Below, in pieces: positions 55,745-64,000 of a DNA stretch of 64,000 nt. The position numbers were made by a program, and so were the translations under genes. Origin of the DNA: Macrostomum lignano. Taxonomy: Eukaryota. Within the stretch, counting starts at the first letter, position 1. Each line of letters starts with the position of its first letter. The notes beneath the pieces are model-generated. The model made no database searches and had not been told where the DNA came from. It saw only the letters and a program-made list of their open reading frames with translations. The DNA is taken from NCBI GenBank assembly GCA_002269645.1, contig NIVC01002706.1, forward strand, positions 1-64,000, given 5' to 3'.

Positions 55745-57903
55745 GGTACCCGGTAAAATGCGGAATCCGCAACGGAATCGGAATGGAATAGTACGGTAAA
55801 ACGCGGAATCCGCAGCGGAATGGTAAACTGCGGAACGAAGTGCGGATTCCGCATATTAAAGTAAAATGCGGAATGCGAAAATGAAAAAAGTAAAATGCAG
55901 AATGAAAACTAACTGAATTATACTTTTATTCATCAACATCAACATGTACTAAAGACTACAAATAGCTATCTAGCTACATGTATATATAGCTTAATTTATT
56001 TAGAAGCTGATTTTTTGTAGTGTCAAATAAAGTTTCTATCATCGGAATGTATATTAACAACATATTGTGCAGTTTTTAAAAATAAGTATACGCTAAAAAT
56101 ACAGAAATAAATTTTTTTGCAAGAAATGTTTAAATATTCCATTTGCCTATCTTGCAAATGCATTCGGAAGTGTTACCATGATGCTCACTTGCGCTAGGCT
56201 TCCGCGCCAGTTTATCACAATATATCATGATATTAAAAAGTGCTTATGCATGGACCTGGCCTGATTTCCAAGTGCCAAAATGTGCTATAAGGGAACCTAA
56301 CGTACAAGCAAAACCCTTTCCTGGACATCCTTTTTGATGCGACCAACTATTAACAGCTAATTTTCTAAATGTACTGTTTGATTGAATCTATGCATTAACT
56401 TTTCTGTGGACAAAGCCCACGAGATTAAGTTCTGAAGAGGGTTTACAGGCGACAACAACCCGCTTTACGGGTGTGCGGGTAGAGCCTCTATGTGACTATG
56501 ACCCGAAACAACAGCCCAGCAGTTGATTTGTGTCCTTAGAAGTAAGCACTATTTGCAGGCATAGATTAATAAAGTTAACAAAAAGGTTGCGATAAAAACA
56601 ATGCCCATTTTTGTAATAGTTACTCTGGAACCCGATGTGCAACTATAAATATAAACGTATGCCCAGATTGATAATTTCCATACTATGACTTGACTTCGCG
56701 ATTCAAACACTGCATCAACATTACAATTCGGGGAGTCGAATTTCTTGGGTTTGTCCTCCAGTGGAGGAGTTCCACTCGTTATACCTAACTTTCTATTGCC
56801 TAGAGAAGTCACTATATTTGATTTATCTGATTCATACCCCCAAGCAGTGGTTAATTCAATAGAATAGAATGAAGGGATTGTTATGCAAGTGAGAAATCAA
56901 ATAATTTTATACATTTTCTTATATATTTACTAGCAAAATAGAGCCCCAATAATAAATAATCAAGCACTTATTCGTTAGCGATTTGCTGTCCCGTCGCTGG
57001 CGAAAAGTCGCTGGCGAAACTTTGCTAATGTTCCGCGGACGATTCGCCAATGCGACCGAGGTGGAAAAACTATGATTTATGCTGCAGGAAGAAAAGTTCC
57101 AGACAAACACAGCTTTTTGAAACGTTCTATATGGGAAATGAAGAAAAAAAAATGTCGCCACTACTTCGCTGTCTCGCTGACAATTCGCTTGCGATTCGCC
57201 GGCGATTTTCCCAGAGGGTACTGACCTTCCATACTGATCTGACTGATCTGACTTTCCATGCTTCCTTGTACTATTTATTGCCTTTCTTGACACTAAAAAC
57301 GTAAAAGCGTCTTGCAAATCGTAATTTTAGCTTTGCTAAAATCTATCTTGTCCTAAAGTTTCGGATATAATTTTTTTTTTTAGAAATGCACATTTAATGC
57401 TACGATTTTTTTTGACAGCAATAGGATGTAGGATGACTTCTCGCCACATGTCAGCGGGCACTTTTGAAATACATTAAATATAAAAATTGTACGTAGTATG
57501 CACTTTCGCTTCCAGAGTATGAATTTACCTTAAATAAGTTGCCAAAGCTCTATCTTCATTCCAAAAATTACTGTATCTTAACCATTCTGCTGAGGATTTT
57601 GCTAAGGGAAGATCAACGACAACAGATTTGATTTGAGTGTCATAGTGACAATGAAAAAAAATTTGTTCAGCAAAAATGTACATAAATTTCAGATGTTTTT
57701 TTAAATATAAGGTGATGAATAAAAGTATAATTCAGTTAGTTTTCATTCCGCATTTTACTTTTTTCATTTTCGCATTCCGCGTTTTACTTTAATATGCGGA
57801 ATCTGCACTTCGTTCCGCAGTTTACCATTCCGCTGCGGATTCCGCGTTTTACCGTACTATTCCATTCCGATTCCGTTGCGGATTCCGCATTTTACCGGGT
57901 ACC
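55745..57903. mobile_element. Non-autonomous element with ~190-bp TIRs and a 9-bp TSD (Mutator/Foldback-like)
   Basis: TTTAATAAT|GGTACCCGGTAAAATGCGGAAT... at the left and ...ATTCCGCATTTTACCGGGTACC|TTTAATAAT at the right. TIRs are built from GCGGAAT subrepeats. No recognisable transposase inside. Confidence 0.88.
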
Positions 57904-59656
57904 TTTAATAATTTCTATTGGGGTATAAATTATACGGCCAAGTCGGCCATATCCAATATTTACCATGTTTAATGACCGCTCAGACTGTAAAGGGGCAATC
58001 GAATTTTTGTTTGAATACCTTACTTGTTTAAAGTCCATGTCCCAAATAATGGTCCAACTCAACCCAATATAATATTAGCTTATTAGGCCCTAATAACTAG
58101 GCCTAGTAGAGTTCATGACATGATATTATTAATATATTAATCATGTATAGCAATCATATAGGCTTACAATAGTATATAAGTTAAATATTCTAAATTATTA
58201 GGCAATTAAGACTAGGCCTAAGTATACAAAGACCCAAAAATAAGCCTAATTTAATTAGGCCTTTTCCATTTTAAAATGGCAGTTGCAGGGTTGTAACTTC
58301 TGGGGTTATTTTTCCAGTTACTGGATAAATAGCCACATTCCACTATTCATCTGGTTAGGCCTAATACTAGATAAATAAGCATTTTGTTTTTTGTCCAGTT
58401 AAATTATTGCAGTTGTTATTGTTATGGTGACCATATAGATAACAAAATTATTATTTTTACGGTTAACGCATAAGACACTATCTGGGCCTGGCTATGGTCT
58501 TTACTTAATATAATCATATAAATAACAAAACTGTTATTTTTACGGTCACCATAGGTAGGCCCCCCCTAGAAAGCAAAATGGCTATTTTTATAGTCATGTG
58601 GAAGAAATTTCAATTAAATTACAATGTAAATTTAACCATCATAGGCCTAGTATTTGAATAGCAAGTTTGTCACTTTATTTAGATGGTATTTTTTTAAGTA
58701 TTAGGTGTAACCATAAAAATAACCATCCTGCCAATAACCAATTGATATAATACTAATTATATCAATTTTATAGTGAATATTTAGGACTTTAAAGATTCTT
58801 ACTCAAATTTTATTATTATGTTGTTATACCAGAGTAGGGCCTATGTTTCATAACTATGATCACTTTTTAACTTAAATTTTTTGCTAACAATAACATGACT
58901 AATGAGAAAAATATTTTAAAGCAAGTATAGGTCTAATCTTATACTCATGATTCTATGAGCTTTGCTTACATTAGTGAGACGGCTATAATAAAATATTTAT
59001 CTGGATACAAGAAAAGGTCTTAAAAATTCAAAATATTTATCACTAAACAAATAAACACTTGTGTTAACACTTTAACCAGACAAAAAAAGAAAATGGCTTT
59101 AAGTTGCATTTTAATTTTTTCTCTATTCAATTTACAATATAAATTATATTCAAAATAAATTGTAAAGTAGGTTAAACTTTCTCTTTAAATCCTAATTACT
59201 ATCACCAAATTTCAAGTTATAGTAGGGGTTTTATTAATTTTATAAAGCCAATTAATTGAAGGCAACTTATTATTAACTCCAAAGTTTTTTGTCAAAATGC
59301 CAAGTGCTGTCCCAATTGAGCGCAAAGTCTAGCAGCGTACACAACTGCTGGCCAGTGTGGCAGAACACACAGGGATTGACATAAAATGAGCGCAAAACTT
59401 TCTCCTCATTGAGGGCAGTGGTGAAGTCTACCCTGGCGTCTGTCTTGCCTGCCAGCCACAGCTTATGTCTGCTAGGCTGCATGCCGGGGCCAGGTGCAGC
59501 TGCAAAATAGAACCCTCGACATTGGGCTATAGCCAGCCCTCCCGGCCCTCTCTAGGGCAAATGACCTGGTGATGTGGTATAGGTTTTGTGGGTCCAATCA
59601 TGTAATGTGCCTTTTGATAGCCCTGAGGTGCCTGGAAAAAAAATTTTTTGTGCAGT

Positions 59657-59690
59657 ATTCAGAGCGCCGCGCTGGACCACTGGGCCATGC
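59657..59690 (-). mobile_element. SINE family A head fragment
   Basis: CAGAGCGCCGCGCTGGACCACTGGGC matches the family A tRNA-like head. Confidence 0.55.
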
Positions 59691-59856
59691 ACGCCCCCGC
59701 CCTCGCAACCCCCTAACCCTAGTGGAAATATAAAGTTTCAGAGATATTAAGTTTTGTAGCTTGAAAAAAAGCTGCTTTTTGGAAGTTTAAATTTCGAAGA
59801 TATCAAACCCCATCCTCAGATATGCATTTACGAGTAATTTGAATTATAATCGAAAA

Positions 59857-60837
59857 ATGTCTGCCATCCCTCAGCAGTATCCCAGTTGCATCGGCTTTAA
59901 CTCGCTGCGGTCTGTCACCGCCTGCTGCTGCCGCCGCAGCCTGTCACAATGGCCTACCCCCCTGTCATCATCCTCGGCTCATCCAGCTCGTCAGCAGCGT
60001 CCGTTGCAGCTGTCGGACGCTCGAGCCACTCGTCACCGCGGCCGGCACAACGTGCTCAAAGCTCTGCTAAAATTTCTAGTCTCAGATTTCGGCCTGCTAG
60101 GCGTACATTGGCGTAACAAATTCGAAATCGAGTACATTGCGGCGCTTAGCAACCGAATCGCCGCTGGCCGGAGCCTCGCCGATCCCGGCTTGCCGTTCCC
60201 AGTGTCGGCCGAATGCGTTGATCAGATAGCCCGCGGCGTCGCCCGCCTTTCATCTAGCCAGCTGACCGAGGTGGCCGCCTGTCGCGGCATGCTTATTGAC
60301 ACCAGCCGGTCCTCGGAGAACCCTTCCCTGGTGAACTTTGACACTGTCACTGCCCAGTCTGGCTGGGGCGGCAAATGCGTCCGATTCGACTATAGCGACA
60401 AAATTGTCGGCTTCCGATTGAATCCTCGCGCCCCTAAAGTATTCCGCAAACGGCAGTGCCAGTGCAGCTTCGAGAACATCCGGAGCTGCCATCTGCGGCC
60501 GGTGTGCCATCTCGGCCAGAAACTTGTCCATTGCAACGAGCTGACGCAGTCCAGTCTGCGGAACGTGCTTCAGCCGCCGCCGGCATCAAAATATCCGGCA
60601 TTGCGCGGCGGCGCCGGCCAGCAGATTCTGGACGACTTTATTAAAAATGCCTTCGTTTGGCTGCTTAATTGGACTTATGTGGTGCCGGTCTGGCCGCCAA
60701 CCAGGCCTCTGCCAGCTGGCCAGGAGCTCCGGCTGATTCCTAGCGGCGTAACTTTTCCGGTTGGCGTTCACGTTCTGTCCGGCCTGAATTTGGTGCTTGT
60801 GAAAGACTTGCTTAGTGGTTCCGTGACTATTGGCTGA
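59857..60837 (+). CDS. Hypothetical protein, 326 aa, family not recognised
   Basis: Non-repetitive, GC-rich, ~1-kb open frame with GC-biased third positions, standing out from AT-rich or repetitive flanks. The true start could be an upstream exon (possible acceptor ccctcag at ~59873). Confidence 0.65.
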   Translation: MSAIPQQYPSCIGFNSLRSVTACCCRRSLSQWPTPLSSSSAHPARQQRPLQLSDARATRHRGRHNVLKALLKFLVSDFGLLGVHWRNKFEIEYIAALSNRIAAGRSLADPGLPFPVSAECVDQIARGVARLSSSQLTEVAACRGMLIDTSRSSENPSLVNFDTVTAQSGWGGKCVRFDYSDKIVGFRLNPRAPKVFRKRQCQCSFENIRSCHLRPVCHLGQKLVHCNELTQSSLRNVLQPPPASKYPALRGGAGQQILDDFIKNAFVWLLNWTYVVPVWPPTRPLPAGQELRLIPSGVTFPVGVHVLSGLNLVLVKDLLSGSVTIG

Positions 60838-60907
60838 ATTCTGTATCGAGCGCCCATGTATAACTTTAGAATCGAGACACCTTACATTTTCATAGCCAAT
60901 TACGGGA

Positions 60908-61848
60908 ATCCCATCATTCAGAATCAGAATCCCATCATTCAGATCACAATCAGAATCCCATCATTCAGATCAGGATCAGAATCCCATCATTCAGATCAGA
61001 ATCAGAATCCCATCATTCAGATCAGAATCAGAATCCCATCATTCAGATCAGAATCAGAATCCCATCATTCAGATCAGAATCAGAATCCCATCATTTAGAA
61101 TCAGAATCCCATCATTCAGAATCCAGATCAGAATCAGAATCCCATCATTCAGAATCCAGATCAGAATCAGAATCCCATCATTCAGAATCCAGATCAGAAT
61201 CAGAATCCCATCATTCAGAATCCAGATCAGAATCAGAATCCCATCATTCAGATCAGAATCAGAATCCCATCATTCAGATCAGAATCAGAATCCCATCATT
61301 CAGATCAGAATCAGAATCCCATCATTCAGAATCAGAATCCCATCATTCAGAATCAGAATCCCATCATTCAGAATCAGAATCCCATCATTCAGAATCAGAA
61401 TCCCATCATTCAGAATCAGAATCCCATCATTCAGAATCAGAATCCCATCATTCAGAATCAGAGTCCCTTAATTTAGAATCAGAATCCCATTATGCAGAAT
61501 CAGAATCCCATCATTCAGAATCAGAATCCCATAATTTAGAATCAGAATCCCATTATGCAGAATCAGAATCCCATCATTCAGAATCAGAATCCCATAATTT
61601 AGAATCAGAATCCCATTATGCAGAATCAGAATTCCATCATTCAGAATCAGAATCCCATCATTCAGAATCATAATCCCATAATTCAGAATCAGAATCCCAT
61701 AATTTAGAATCAGAATCCCATTATGCAGAATCAGAATCCCATCATTCAGAATCAGAATCCCATAATTTAGAATCAGAATCCCATTATGCAGAATCAGAAT
61801 CCCATTATGCAGAATCATAATCCCATCATTCAGAATCAGAGTCCCTTA
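60908..61848. repeat. 21/27-bp minisatellite with higher-order variants
   Basis: Unit CAGAATCAGAATCCCATCATT, with ATAATTT and ATTATG variants cycling in the right half. Confidence 0.96.
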
Positions 61849-62256
61849 TAATGTTAAGTCTCATTCTACGGATTAGTAAATGCGAGTTTTCTACAATAGG
61901 ATTTGTTACGCGTTTAAATGCGATGCATTTTATAAGTGAGTAAATTGGATTACAATCATTAAAATATTTCGCTGATCTTATTTATACGCTACTGCCACAG
62001 TCAAACAATAAAGCACACATAGTTTCCTTAATATTTTTAAGGCTTCCATTTAATACACAGTCGTACGTGTCTAATTCCTGATTTGATATGATACATGTGA
62101 GTGTAGAATGTTATTAATGCATAGAAATTTGATCAGCTGGTTATATAGATATCTATTTGTATTTTATTGTCAAAGTAAACAAGTAAACATCAAAGCGCGC
62201 CGCCCGGCTGATAATTTGCAGTTTAACTAACAAATAAACAAAACCAAAGCACCGCC

Positions 62257-62640
62257 ATGCTTACTCGAAGCCTTTCATCTCGCCGACAATCGGCGGCCTC
62301 TGCCAGCGGTCTGTTCCGCTGCTGCCGGCGCTGGTTGAACCTGCAAGAATATCAGAGCAAGAAGCTGATGCAAGATTACGGAGTGAATGTGCAAAGCTTT
62401 GTAGTTGCCGACAATGCACAGTCGGCTAGCAAATTGGCCGACTCGTTCAAACCGGCCGAGTACGTTATTAAAGCTCAGATATTGGCCGGCGGCCGGGGCA
62501 AAGGCGTCTTTGACACCGGATTCAAAGGCGGCGTCCATCTCACTAAGGAGCCAGCTAAGGTGGCTGGCCTGGTTCAGAGCATGCTTGGGCACAAGCTGGT
62601 TACTAAGCAGACTGGAAAGGAAGGCGTCATGGTGTCCAAG
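62257..62640 (+). CDS. SUCLG2: Succinate-CoA ligase [GDP-forming] beta subunit, exon 1 (gene continues beyond the window)
   Basis: Mitochondrial-type leader, then WLNLQEYQSKKLM, KAQILAGGRGKG, GGVHLTK, LVTKQT; donor TCCAAG|gtaacc. Confidence 0.95.
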
Positions 62641-62741
62641 GTAACCGCTCAGTTATTTGTCGTACTAAGGTTTACGTCTAACTCTTATTCCTCGACCCTT
62701 CGGTTTTAAGGCTTGAAAGCACTTTTCCTTCTTTAATGTCC

Positions 62742-64000
62742 GATGTCAATCCGCCCTTTCCCTCCTCTGACGCCTAATGTCAATCCGCCCTTTCCCTCCT
62801 TTGATGCCTGATGTCAATCCGCCCTTTCCCTCCTCTGACGCCTAATGTCAATCCGCCCTTTCCCTCCTTTGATGCCTGATGTCAATCTGCCCTTTCCCTC
62901 CTTTGACGCCTAATGTCAATCCGCCCTTTCCCTCCTCTGATGCCTGATGTCAATCCGCCCTTTCCCTCCTTTGATGCCTGATGTCAATCCGCCCTTTCCC
63001 TCCTTTGACGCCTGATGTCAGTCCGCCCTTTCCCTCCTTTGATGCCTGATGTCAATCCGCCCTTTCCCTCCTTTGACGCCTAATGTCAATCCGCCCTTTC
63101 CCTCCTTTGATGCCTGATGTCAATCTGCCCTTTCCCTCCTTTGACGCCTAATGTCAATCCGCCCTTTCCCTCCTCTGATGCCTGATGTCAATCCGCCCTT
63201 TCCCTCCTTTGATGCCTGATGTCAATCCGCCCTTTCCCTCCTTTGACGCCTGATGTCAATCCGCCCTTTCCCTCCTCTGATGCCTGATGTCAATCTGCCC
63301 TTTCCCTCTTTTGATGCCTGATGTCAATCCGCCCTTTCCCTCCTTTGATGCCTGATGTCAATCTGCCCTTTCCCTCCTTTGACGCCTAATGTCAATCCGC
63401 CCTTTCCCTCCTTTGATGCCTGATGTCAATCCGCCCTTTCCCTCCTTTGACGCCTGATGTCAATCTGCCCTTTCCCTCCTTTGATGCCTGATGTCAATCT
63501 GCTCTTTCCCTCCTTTGATGCCTGATGTCAATCCGCCCTTTCCTCCTTTGATGCCTGATGTCAATCCGCCCTTTCCCTCCTTTGATGCCTGATGTCAATC
63601 CGCCCTTTCCTCCTTTGATGCCTGATGTCAATCCGCCCTTTCCCTCCTTTGATGCCTGATGTCAATCTGCCCTTTCCCTCCTTTGACGCCTAATGTCAAT
63701 CCGCCCTTTCCCTCCTTTGATGCCTGATGTCAATCCGCCCTTTCCCTCCTTTGACGCCTGATGTCAATCTGCCCTTTCCCTCCTTTGATGCCTGATGTCA
63801 ATCTGCTCTTTCCCTCCTTTGACGCCTGATGTCAATCCGCCCTTTCCTCCTTTGATGCCTGATGTCAATCCGCCCTTTCCCTCCTTTGATGCCTGATGTC
63901 AATCTGCCCTTTCCCTCCTTTGACGCCTAATGTCAATCCGCCCTTTCCCTCCTTTGATGCCTGATGTCAATCCGCCCTTTCCCTCCTTTGATGCCTGATG
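62742..64000. repeat. 34-bp minisatellite in SUCLG2 intron 1, running to the window edge
   Basis: Unit GATGTCAATCCGCCCTTTCCCTCCTTTGATGCCT. Confidence 0.97.

Overview
Eukaryotic (metazoan) genomic DNA. Very GC-rich, poly-Ala/poly-Gly-laden exons sit in introns and intergenic DNA crowded with unrelated minisatellites; about 28 arrays cover roughly a quarter of the window by my coordinate tally. This style suggests the flatworm Macrostomum or a relative, which is an inference I cannot verify here. Genes, left to right: the 5' part of an NSD-family H3K36 methyltransferase (-, runs off the left edge); a 3-exon coiled-coil gene resembling CCDC160 (+); an 8-exon SK/KCNN Ca2+-activated K+ channel (+); an intronless 876-aa multiple-cysteine-cluster Toll-like receptor (LRR-TM-TIR, -); a 4-exon dysbindin/DTNBP1 (-); a 326-aa ORF I cannot assign (+); and exon 1 of SUCLG2 (+). 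Mobile DNA: two TA-flanked mariner-type MITEs, a decayed Merlin (IS1016-like) transposon with TIRs and a near TSD, a 2.16-kb element with ~190-bp TIRs and a perfect 9-bp TSD, and tRNA-derived SINEs (one CORE-type family, plus a group sharing another central block). Most notable: the complete TLR, exon-hugging private minisatellites, and two AT-rich, CpG-poor, AGGCCT-rich domains around the 5' ends of housekeeping genes. Exon coordinates were read by hand; repeat boundaries and copy numbers are approximate.
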